This document shows positions 1 to 11,689 of a DNA stretch of 64,000 nucleotides, in pieces. A program made the position numbers and the translations under genes. The notes under the pieces were generated by a model that saw nothing but the letters and a program-made list of their open reading frames with translations, was not told the DNA's origin and did not search any database. The number at the start of each line of letters is the position of its first letter. Positions within the stretch are counted from its first letter, which is position 1. Source of the DNA: Tubulanus polymorphus (taxonomy: Eukaryota > Animalia > Nemertea); the NCBI RefSeq assembly GCF_964204645.1, contig NC_134028.1, forward strand, positions 3,410,001-3,474,000. The letters run 5' to 3'.

Positions 1-3000
1 CTTTAAACTTGAAAGCAATCGGTGCTCTTAAAAATGTGTCTGATGAAAATACATTATATACGTATATACCCATGACATTTCTTTATGAAATACCAACCGA
101 GGGGGATGGATGGAGAGCATACACGTAATGCACACTTTGCCCCAGTCGTGATGTCGGAATGATCATTAGTCTAACCTGAACATTAGTAGAAATTCATTAG
201 TAGAACCCTTCTCATTAGATGTCATTATACCTATGGACATGTCCTCTAGACCAAGTTAGTAATGCTAATGGCAAGCCCTTATACTGATAGAGGTATTCCA
301 AGCGATGGCGTTTGACTTTTAACTAAAACGACTGCTGATGTTTCGTTTGTCTACACCTACGTATTTTTCGGAGTTCTCCGAAAAAAAAAATGTTACTCGC
401 CTCGAGAAAACCGACTGTGAAAAGGTTACATGCATGATTATGGAAAGCTTTTTTGCCCATGGCGCATGTGAAAATGCGTTATTATTTCACTTTTGTGTCT
501 AATGCACGAAGCCACACGCAATACATATTAAATGCCATATCAATCATCTTAATGTTAATGAATCGATAGAATATAAAAAGTTATTTCAGAGTTTTGATCT
601 CTTTTTTTTCTGGTTGATTTGCTCGGCAATCATTTATATTCTATACGAACAAAGCGTTAGAATACGCGAATGAGGTCAAGTTCAAGGTAATGATGTTCAT
701 TACCGAGTACATGATAATGCGATAGAAAATTAGGGAGGAGAGATCTGAGAATTCTGAGATTACTATCATCAAGGAAATACTATCGAGTTAATTCTGGGAA
801 GATCTCTCTAGGAGAACAATGTCGATACATCGTTTCGAAAAATCACCGCTGTTCGGTATTTGATCCCCGGCAATAATAAGGTGGCGGACACACAACCGTG
901 ATGATGTTGATGATATGAAGCCTTCACGGGATAATCACCACTCCATTTTCTCATCACCAGTCGCCTACGACTGTCGGCTTGTGAATAAATCCAACATGTA
1001 TCCCGGCTGAAATTAAAGCTTCCTGTCGGAATCGGTGCAAAATAACACTGCAAATAAAGCCCTATTTCCTGCACTTAGTGAGTATGTTCCGGCTGCATAC
1101 ACCGATCCATGTGCTCAATCCGCCATGCTTGTAGCACGACTAACCGTTTTACTCCGTGTTTGACAAGCAATTAGTACTCGAGATGAGCATATTCGTTGAT
1201 GGACGAACGAAGATGGGACGAAAAACCATCGCCGAAAACCTGCAGCATATCGGTTTCATCGCTGTCAAATGCCGAGACACGTATTAAAAGGCGAAGAATA
1301 CAATTTTGTTGCGCTTTTCTGAAATGTCTGAGGTAATTTGCGCTGTAGATTTGTTCATTCACACAGTAATAAAGTGGGTGTGTGTAATGTAGAGAGGAAG
1401 TTTAGAAGTTTTTATCAAATGACTTCTGGTTGCGTGTGCGTTGTAACTTGAGGCGAGTAAAAGTCTCTAATTTTTTCGAATCGTGGGCTGGCGTCTGCGA
1501 CACCTTTCCCGTAGCAGTTGCGGCAGAGACAGCTATCTATTATGGTCGTTTAAATTGATATTACCATTCCCTGCGGACTGAACCTAATACGTGCCATTTT
1601 AATGATGCTAAAATGATAACGTTTCGCTGCGCTTAAGATATCTTTTACCCGTTGAAATATATCATGCCTTGTGCGGTCGGTACCGCGGCACCCACCCCCA
1701 CATCTTTGAATGGATATTGTTACTCCGAGCTAGAAGAAAAAGAAGTGCACTCGAGCTACTTAAGAATAAGATAAAGAAATTTTTCCGAACTGTGTTTGTT
1801 GATAAATGTTAAGATTTTTAAGGAACGTCGCCGCAATATTTCAGATGAATGTTTTATGAATTCTTTATTCAATTCGTTTCCGTCTCAGTGGGATCGGACA
1901 TTAGCATCGTCATTTCGTATATTCGAAATTGTCGGTGATTTAAACAATAGTTCATCAAATATAGAACATAAATAGATATAGATTGTGTGTGATGTGGAAG
2001 TTAGTTATTTCCTGCCATGTACATTCCTAAAAGTGTCTGCAATATGAGGAGCTAAAAGTGGCTGATTTTTTCTGTATCATCCGGAATTATCCGGCTTATA
2101 CCGCCCACACGTGGACTGAATGGGAAACACTAAGAGGAAGTTGTGTCTCGTGTTAGGTATCAATGTGTGGTATTTTACCGCATTTTCGCCCGTAATAACC
2201 TCAGTCGAGTCTTTCACAGCCAATCCTTCGAACCATCGGCTTCGAATGAAACGCGATCGCGGTTGCAGCTTTCTGATTCGATCTACAAAACATCTGCACC
2301 CCAGGTCGAGTATCAAATCAGATAATCTCGGGAATAGGACCTAATCACAAGTCTGTTATTCCAGAAAATGATGATTATGTCTCGGTTCTGGACTCATGGC
2401 CTGTTAAAGATGCATTTTAAGCCATTGACCCGAATATCCAAATACATATAACACCGTCATTTTGCTCCCACCTAGTACTAACGTGTACTAAGAAGTGTGA
2501 TTCTAGAGATCTTCTTTTATTGTCAAAACAGTAACAGATATAAAGGACGTGTTGTCGTCAGCTTTACTTATTCGAAATGTGTGGAGGAGTCAGTAAACGT
2601 TAAGACGTATAGGTTTAATTCTAAAGTACATTCGTCTTTACGTTTGATTATTCGAAAGTGTAATTTGTTTGAAATAATCTCCTTGCTTCCCCGAAGATCA
2701 TTCAACTCGCAGATGACAATGATTGATACTGATAGTCATCACGGAGGTCCGCACTTCTTTGGTCATATTATTATCGCGCCCAGAAGTTTAAAAACCACTA
2801 TATACCGAATTCAAAAACGAATTTCATTTATCAAGAACTAATTCAAAATACACGACGTTTCGAACTCTCGCTAGAGATCATCGTCACACCTGATCGCCAT
2901 TATCTGTTCTCCAAATCAGAGTGAGGCTATTCTACCATCGCACCAGGAGTTCACATTTCACCCGAATCGAAAGAGTTCATTTAACGTTCACGCGATGCGG

Positions 3001-4933
3001 TAATTGATGGTTATTAATTAGCGGTTATCTAACAGAATTCAACGCGGCAAGTGAAATTCAGCACTTCAATTCTCACATCGTCTTCTGATCAGTGAATATC
3101 CTGAGTGTAAATCAGGCATGCGCGGGGTATGTATGAAATTGTCAATTCGGATGTTTTGTCGCTGAAATTGGAGCAAAGATTGTCAAACTGTCAGAGTTCG
3201 AACGAAAATGATTTTATCAGCCATGACTTGCGTCTGGCTTAAATCTGTTTATCCAGTCTAAGTGGGTTGAATCAGTCGAGTCGTGTTACGGATATTTTCC
3301 GGAAACCCAGTCAACCGTGCTTGTAATTAAATACTGCCTAATTCGGCTGCGTACAAGTCTGATAAGCCCCTGGGACACTAGTGTCTTATCGCGTTAGGAC
3401 AGCGTATATCACCGAAGCCGCAACGATTCATTTCCGTCTGAAATCTACGGCTGGCATTCGATCGCTGTAAATTGTTAATCTATTTGATAATTGCATCATC
3501 ATTGTACTGAGTGGACACGAGCTATCGTAAATATTATCGGGTACCATCTGGGAACCCGTACATGTGCCGGACATGTCGATAAGTCGCGAACAGATAGGAG
3601 CAATGCCACGTCTTAGGAAACCCCCTTCAGTATAATTACATTAGTTTCCAAAGAGTTTTTGAAAATTACTGAGTTATCATCAGTTAATCATCGTTAGTAG
3701 ATGTATTATTATAGATCTTTGAATGATAAAACGTTTTCATCGATTGGTATTAACTTAGTAATAATGCGGGGTAGACTAAAAGTTCAATTTAAATTCGGGT
3801 TCAAGTTGATACGAATCTATAAACCTAGGCCCAGGGTAAACCCGAGAACTCGGCCTAGGCGCCTTTTGGAAGCTCTCGCATTATAGATCGCTCGTGTGGT
3901 TCAATTAGTCATTTCAACCAAAACTTCGATATCGACATGAGGAAGATAGATGCCCCGCTGATAACCATCCTTTTGATCGGAAGTGACAAAGACTATCCAT
4001 ATTTCAGTGACGAATCTCGCGCGCGGTGTAAAACTAAAATGTTGAATTTGCATAATAATTATTCCAGTTGCGTTTATTGGGTTTTATCGGCGAATGAACG
4101 CCGTTTCAGCCGGCGGCGGTTCAGATCTCATTCCAGTAGACAAGGCGATCTCGCCGGCCAAACTGTTTCAGAATGGGATAATTTGATATTCCGATTTCAT
4201 TTGAAATAACCGCATTGCTTATTACCATAAGCTAACTTTTCTTCACTGAGTTGACCGGATACACGAACTGTGGCCACTGGATGTAGAATTCAAAAGACCG
4301 ACAAATGGTTGATGGATATGAAAGCTTTTGTGTCGATAAAATTCTCATTTGAATTGAACTGAATCGATAAATTTACAAAATGCATCAAATCATTTTGGAA
4401 ATTCTTTGTTTGAAATTATTTTGTTCCTTGATCTTTTTTCGACGCTTAGTTTTATTTCTGCTAGTGTTGTAGTGTTGTTGAAATAGGTTTATCGATCGCA
4501 CATCATCGAAACCTAATTGTTCTTGCCAAACAACGATAACCTTTCATCAGATAAAATGTCAACGTATCATACGTAAAAAGATCCAAAACACTTGTATTTC
4601 ATCACGGACCTGATTTTCTTCCCGTAACTATTCCTGTATTCAAACGTATTGTAACGTTTTTATTTGGCCGTGCTCATTCTTCGAATGAAGCGAAAAATAA
4701 ATGTCAAGCACCGGGGCAATGACTTTGATGCTAAATACCGGATGTTTGACGTAGAAAATCAGAGGAGAGAAGCGCTATTGACATTGCTGTTGGCGTAGTA
4801 TATGTTTTATTTTTCAATGAACTCGGATAAAAATACTCTGCGGAGAAATAACAGTCTCGCTGATGTAAAGGTCGCCGTTACGCGTGTAGTGACCGACACA
4901 TTGTGCTAGTTGCTGCTGCTGCTGCACCCAAAA

Positions 4934-5326
4934 CCGGAAGTCCACTGACGTTCGATTCTTATTCCAGTCGGTGAAAGTTATATCGTCGTTTCGCGAATTA
5001 TCGTTCGGTTCGTGCCGTTATATATTGCCGGAAGTGACTAATAATAGCCGCAAAACGCGGTTACACGCAGTATCGACTACAGCGGCAACTGTGACGTCAC
5101 TAGAACGACGACTGTACAGTAAAGATTTATTATTTTATTTTGCCGAGAAGATTTAGTAATGCGGCATTACGTTAGAATTGGCTTTCTACCAGAGCCAATG
5201 CGTCTCCACTGATTTCCGGTGTAAAATACAACATGGTATCTTTGGTGACCAATATGGTTCAGCTCTAGGTCTACATTCCTTGTATTTATGGTATTGTGAT
5301 ATTTCTTGCAAATCTACACCGGAAAT
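4934..5326. promoter_or_regulatory. Putative Pol II promoter/enhancer: cluster of ETS sites and a perfect CRE
   Basis: CCGGAAGT at 4934 and 5028, ATTTCCGGT at 5212, ACCGGAAAT at 5318, palindromic GTGACGTCAC at 5091-5100, half-CRE TGACG near 4946, in CpG-rich DNA. Target gene unknown. Confidence 0.4.
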
Positions 5327-6108
5327 AGTTCCAGTGAAGGACATCTCCTTTTGAAAGAATATCGACCAAGAATCTTTGTCTATCGTCTAGCAACTTCTTA
5401 GAAACAGTTCGCGTGCACTTAACTCACTCCGGACGTGGATCAATGCACATTGACTATTATCAATTTAGCTTCGTTATACCTTATAACAATATCTGTTATT
5501 AACGAAACCCTTCTAACTTACTCGGTAGGCTCAGTAGTCACACGCGCGCGTCCATTGAACATGTCGCGGGAGCCGATTGATTAGTCAATAATCGATAGAG
5601 TTCGATTTACGCAAATATCCGACTCGATCTACGCGCGTTGCTATAAATAACCGCAATCGACAGTAATCAACTTGTCGGCTCCGATAATGCGCTGGTAATG
5701 TAAAGACAACTGTCAGTAATCGGGCATCTATTTTCTCGATGACATCGATTTTAGTATACTGCGCATAAGGTATCTCAAACCCATATGTCGTTTTACACGG
5801 CGCCAAAATCAATGGAAAAAATGCTCTACTTTTGATATTTGTGATAATAGTTCAATTTGTCATTCTTTTTTCTTTTTAAACGACCATTGATCTTTTCATG
5901 TTGATTTCTAAGTTTGCATCTTTACATTAATAGAAGTAGAGATTTTTTCAACTTTTGTCACGTAGAACTAAACGGATAAACTGCCCCTGGGCAACTTTTT
6001 CCTCTATTAAGCCTCGATAAGACTGGACAAGCATCGGTTTATTAACTGTCTCTTCGGCTAACAAAAATCAGTCGACGACATTCAGCTGTTATTTACGATT
6101 TATGCGTA

Positions 6109-6120
6109 CACTGTAAAAAA
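6109..6120 (+). repeat. Left TIR of the EnSpm element
   Basis: CACTGTAAAAAA, exact reverse complement of 15572-15583. Confidence 0.92.
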
Positions 6121-6593
6121 AGATACGGTGCTTATCGTTTATTAACACCCCTTTTTCCATTAAAATCGCAATAAAACGTTAAAATTAGCCAAATTTCGCA
6201 ATTTTACGTTATTTTACCAGTAATTTCTGTTAAACACAGTAAAACAGGTAGCCGTTTTTTTACGGAAGACATGAAAACGACGATAAAACTCATTTTCACG
6301 GTTGACCAAGCGTAGCAGTGCGGTGCACAGCGATATTAGATGGGTGGTCGACGTTTCGATACGGCAACATTTTTTCTGGGACGGCAAAATCAATTTTTTT
6401 GCGACAGGTAGACGTTTGGCTGAGGCGTGCACCGTTAAAATACCGTCAGTGTGAAATATATAACGATGTGCGGACGTGTCATTACTGATCTTAACATCAC
6501 AAAACGGAGAATGCCGTTTTTCGTAGGCAGCCGGTCGTATTTTTTCGTTTTTTTCCGCATTTTACTGTCGTCAACAGGCGTGTTCGATGCAAG

Positions 6594-9500
6594 ATGGCGG
6601 AACTGCAAACCGGTTCGACTTTACAGGTAAGCAATTTTTTAATTTCTATAACCTCTCACTGCAAGCATCATCAATCAAAAGTAGCGATAACTTTTCTCCA
6701 GGTCTCGTGTGTCCGGAGGGAGGTTTCCGGTATCAAATTCCCGTTTGATTATATGAATATTTCCGGAAAAGGGCCTAAAATAAATGTCATGTCACCTCGG
6801 ACAACTGTAGTAGTGTAACTAGTGTAAACTGTGTCATGGACCTGCCAACCGTACTTTTTCACCGTATTTTCATATGGCTGTGGGCTTTTGTGTAGGCCTA
6901 TGGACTCTCTCTATTTAGTACGGTCTTGAATAGAATTCTGGGTGGTGATAAAATAATTGACTAGACAGTAGCAATAGGCAACTAGTGATCGATAGAGAAT
7001 CTGCATGCTGTATTGTAACACAAGGAGCTGCTCTAACGCGCGCTTATTTCAATTTAATTCAAAAGTAACAGAATCTTGAAACTACGATTGATAATATCTT
7101 TATGATTCATAAATTGTAATAAGGGCCTAGCCCTATGAATTAATAAGGCGATTAGATTTAGACTTAAAAAGACGCTATTTATTGAAGAGTTTATTCAGAA
7201 TCTTGAATTGATACATGTAGTTTTAATTGGTAACACGTGTTGGAGCACGTTTTTGATTTCGTTTTGATATATTACATCACCGGCCTTGCGATTCTGGAAA
7301 ATAACAGAAAAATAATCATGATATTGAAGAAATTGCTTGAATTATTAGATACTGATCAGATTTAATACTGATTAGATACTGTAAAAGAAATGTAATTTAT
7401 TTCTAATTTAGTAGGCCTATAATAATATATTAATATTAATAATTGTGATAGCATTAATTCTTACAATGTTTTAGGCCTATAGGCCTAGTCATTTATTTGG
7501 TTAGAAATTCTATTTTCGACCGGAACTGGAAGTTATTTTTCGTGTCGAGTTACTATTAAAAAATACTGACAAACTCAAAAACTGACGACATTTTTCTGGG
7601 GTTGGCAGGTCTGGATGATGTGTGTCAGTCAGTGTGTGGTCAATATAGGCTAGGCCTAATCAATGAGGATGAGTTCTTTATAATAAAGTGAACCAAGCCC
7701 GTGCCTAGAGCCTATTAAAGACCATGCCAGATTCATGTGTTCTAATGTAATATTATTAGGAAGATCCCACACCATTTTGATATAGTTTCGCATTCAAGTA
7801 AAAATATAGGATAGGACTAAGAGCATTGGTAAATTCTTGAGTCATGCTGTGATTAAATCTAAGGTCTGGGTTTATTTGTAGGAACTATATAAATGCCTTG
7901 TATGTCAGGCACAGTCAACATCAGTGAAATCGTATTGTCGTCATTACAGAGAGCATAAAAATCTACCAAATTTTCCAAACATACCTTGCCCACATTGTAA
8001 TGTCTTATCACCTTCCTATGATGCACTACGTAAGCATATAAATAGGAATCATGATGCTAAAAAAAAAGATGGAGGCCTCAGAAGACCATCATGTCTTGCT
8101 GAGTTCAAATGTTCAGTGTCTCTATGCAATAAAGTATTTATGTCTTTGAGTAGTCTAATCGCGCACCTAAAGGTACATATTGGAGTGGGTCATGAAATAT
8201 CGTGTCCGTTTAAGGATTGTAGCTATAAATATGATGTAAAGTCTTCATTTTCAAGCCATCTTTCACGGCAGCATAGGGAGGATTGGTTTCGCGATAATAT
8301 AAAGGCTGAAATTGCAGTACCGTTAGTTCTGGAGAAAAATGATTCTCAGACCGATTCAGTCAGTGATTCCATTGAAACTGCAGAAGCAGCAGGAGACATT
8401 TCAGATTTACACCTGGATGAAACTCTAACCAATAGTTCTACTGATGTCAGGCAACTTGAAATGAGCTTAGCTCTTTTGTATCTGAAATTACAGTCTAAGC
8501 TTTTAGTACCAACTTCTACTGTACAAATAATAGTTGAAGAATTTGCCAATGTTTTCCACCTTGAACAAAAGTATGTAAGTGGAGTATTGTGGCATAAGTT
8601 GAAAAGTCTTGAAATAACAGATGATGTCGCACAGAAAGTTATTGATGAACTGGCTCAACAAAATGAATTCTCTCAAATTCTAGACATGAAGAACGGTCCA
8701 TTTCGTTCGGAGCATTGTAGAAAAAAGTTTTATGGAAAGAATTTTAATGTAATTCCACCAGAGAAAATAGTTCTTGGTGGTAATGACCAATTTATGTATT
8801 ATGTACCCATTGCTAGAAGCATTGAAGGCTTTTTCAGTGACTCAGCAGTTGTCAACCAATTTAATTGTCCATGCCCATCTAATCTTGATAAAATGGTTGA
8901 TATCCATGACGGGTTGGCTTTTAGACAAAATCAATTTTTCAATGCTTCTCATGAAAAATGCTTGGAAATTATATTATATCAGGATGAAATGGAAATTGTT
9001 AATCCCCTAGGAAGTGCCAAAACCAGGCACAAAGTATTGGCCTGCTATTTCACTTTGGGTAATATCTTTCCATGGCACCGGTCTAAAATTGATAGTATAC
9101 AATTGTGCTTCTTGTGTAAAAGTAGTACTGTAAAGCAACTTGGCATTAAAAAAGTCTTTGAAAGATTGGTTCAAGACATAAAATCTATTGAAAGTAATGG
9201 TATTGAAATTCAATCTTTAGGAAAAACTATTAAAGGATCGGTACTTTGTGTTTTAGGGGACAATTTAGGATCCAACGGTATTGGGGGTTTCACAGAAAAT
9301 TTTTCAACCTCTGCATTTTGGTGCAGATACTGTCTTCATTCAAACATAGAACAAAAAAACAAGGACATATGGCCTAAAATCATCCGTGATGTAAAATGTT
9401 ATAAGGACTCCGTAGAAAAAGTAAATACTGAAAATTCTATACATAATGGGGTCAAGGAAAATTCTGTCTTGAATCAGATGAAGTATTTTCATGTTCAGCA

Positions 9501-10569
9501 GCCAGGTTTACCCCCCTGCCTAGCACATGACGTTTTTGAGGGTATACTGAAAATTGATCTTGGCCTTATATTAAATGATTTTATTAAGAAAAAGTGGTTC
9601 ACAGCATCTAATGTTGTTGATAGATTTAGAAAATTCAAATTAGCAGGGTCTGATGTCCTAGATAGGCCATGTTTGAGTGTTGACAAAAAAAAGAAGAAAT
9701 CAGTTAAAGTAAGTGGGAGTGCCGTTCAGAATTGGAACCTACTTCGTTTGATTCCGGTGGTTTTAGAAGATGAAATTCTGAATACATCAGATGAAGTATG
9801 GCGATTGTTTATTATGTTAAAGCAGGTAGTTGAGTATATATGTTCTCCATGTGTCACCATGGAAATGTTAGCGATGATGGAAACTTTGATTGAACAGTAT
9901 ATTCAATTGAGGATTGATGTATTCCCAAATTCTAATTTACGTCCTAAGCACCATTTTATCCTACACTATCCATTGATGACATTGTATTTTGGCCCTTTAA
10001 TTAGACTCTGGACTTTACGCATGGAAAGCAAACATACATACTTCAAGCAAATTGTCAGACGAACTCAAAACTTTAAAAACGTCTTATTTTCACTTTCTGA
10101 AAAACATCAGTATCTTCAGGCATACTATTCTATTGGTAGTCTCTTTTCTCCAAACTTGACTTATGTTGAAGGTTTCAAATTTGTTGACAGTATTTATAGT
10201 GCTGAGATTTCTAAGTCTGTACGAGATGTCATACCTTATTCCAAACAGTGTTTAGTGACTAAAGAAATTAATTTCAAAAGTGTTATATATAAATTGGACA
10301 GTGACATGCATGTAGCTATCTCAAGTAGTGAAAGTGAGACAGTGTTTGGAAGAATTATTCTACTGCTTGTTTCCGATGAGGAACCATTCTGCGTCGTGGA
10401 CCTGGAGAATGCTATATACTCTGAAGCATACGGTGTATTCGAGCTCCAATTGAAACAGGAAAAACTGTGTTTAAAACTGTCAGAATTATGTGATTTTTAT
10501 CCACTGCCATCTTACAAAATGTCCTCAAAAAATGTGGTTGTAATCAAACATGCATTGGTGATGCGTTAA
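6594..10569 (+). CDS. EnSpm/CMC DDE transposase with four N-terminal C2H2 zinc fingers; join(6594..6626,7882..10569), about 906 aa
   Basis: 881-aa ORF extends upstream in frame to acceptor ttgtag|GAA (7882), completing finger 1 (CLVC..HYREH). Exon 1 MAELQTGSTLQ|gtaagc is phase 0, with a YY1/Kozak-like AAGATGGCGG start. Motifs LYQDE, GDNLG, CRYC, LAHDVFEG, PKHHFILHYP, RMESKH match the CMC DDE core with C(2)C and H(3-4)H signatures. No stops or frameshifts. Confidence 0.9.
6837..7613. mobile_element. Degenerate non-autonomous TIR element in transposase intron 1
   Basis: 12-bp inverted repeat GACCTGCCAACC (6839-6850) / GGTTGGCAGGTC (7600-7611) around AT-rich non-coding DNA; no clear TSD. Confidence 0.5.
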
Positions 10570-11689
10570 TAAGGTACATTGATGAGGCATTTGATGTTCT
10601 AATTTTATACAGTTTTGTTCAAGATTGTTCTGTGTTATTTAAAGGTCATTGGCAAATTAAAAAAATTTATTTTAGAATTCAAGAATTACTTCTAATAGAT
10701 AGATTGAAGTAAATAAAATGCTTGCATTCTGCTTGAATAAAGCATTAAAAAAGATGGCATAACGGGTTTCGATCAGCATTGCTTCTCCTGCACAACTACA
10801 ATGTGGTCTGTTGTAAACAGCAGTGATTCATGACGTCATTTGATTCGCTCAGCAGCACGGTTACAATGTTGAAAGCATAGCACTCTACTTTTAATCAACT
10901 GTATCATCGCTTATGTAATATGTATTATTTATTGAATGGCATCATTGGATAGCTATATAAACTGAGAAGAACCTTCAGTGAATGTCATGGATTGTTATGC
11001 ACTGCGTTATCTGTATGAGCCAAATTAAAAACACTAGTACTGAAGTGAACTGAATAAAAGCTGCCTCAACGTGTGTATAGCAGACAGTCTCTGCAGCAGT
11101 GCGAATCAAATGAGTCAATGTGAACCACTCCACTCGGTACTTTAGTGAACTACACACAGTGAATACAATGTGCTCTTAATCTTCACATAGGCGCGTTAAC
11201 AAAATAATTTGGTAAAATTATGATTAGAAATGTTTAGCTAGGTTAACAGGATGGTATTAAACTGTGAAATAGAAATTTGAAAAATTAGTGTGCCAATGAC
11301 CGTTAATTAAGACTAGCTGGTTGGTACATTAGTACCGATTAGTGGGTCTGTTATTTGAATTAATCAGGATTTTCAAGAGTTTTTTATTTAAAGTGTTGCT
11401 TCACTATTAGTTCTTTATTATCATTATTATTATTATTCTTTATTCGCGAATTGAATTACATTAGAAAATTACAGCAGGTGATAACAAGATAATATAAAGT
11501 TGATGGACACCTGACAACAGTGTCATTTGAATATTTGAACCGAACCAGATGAATGGTACCGATTTAATCCTCTCAAGCAAAGTTGAAATACGTAGAAATT
11601 AGGTTCCATATAATAAAATATAATGGGTAAACAATATATAAATAGGACTTTGTGTATGAAATTGTTACCGCAATACTTTTTACTTTTAG

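Noticed and set aside
808-1362. ORFs 808-1074 and 1171-1362 (-) and a possible + exon at about 811-1077
   Set aside because: No recognisable motifs; all three + frames contain stops. At most a UTR exon.
7924-7926. GTG start proposed by the ORF track for the transposase
   Set aside because: Eukaryotic gene; the frame extends to a splice acceptor at 7882 and an ATG exon at 6594.
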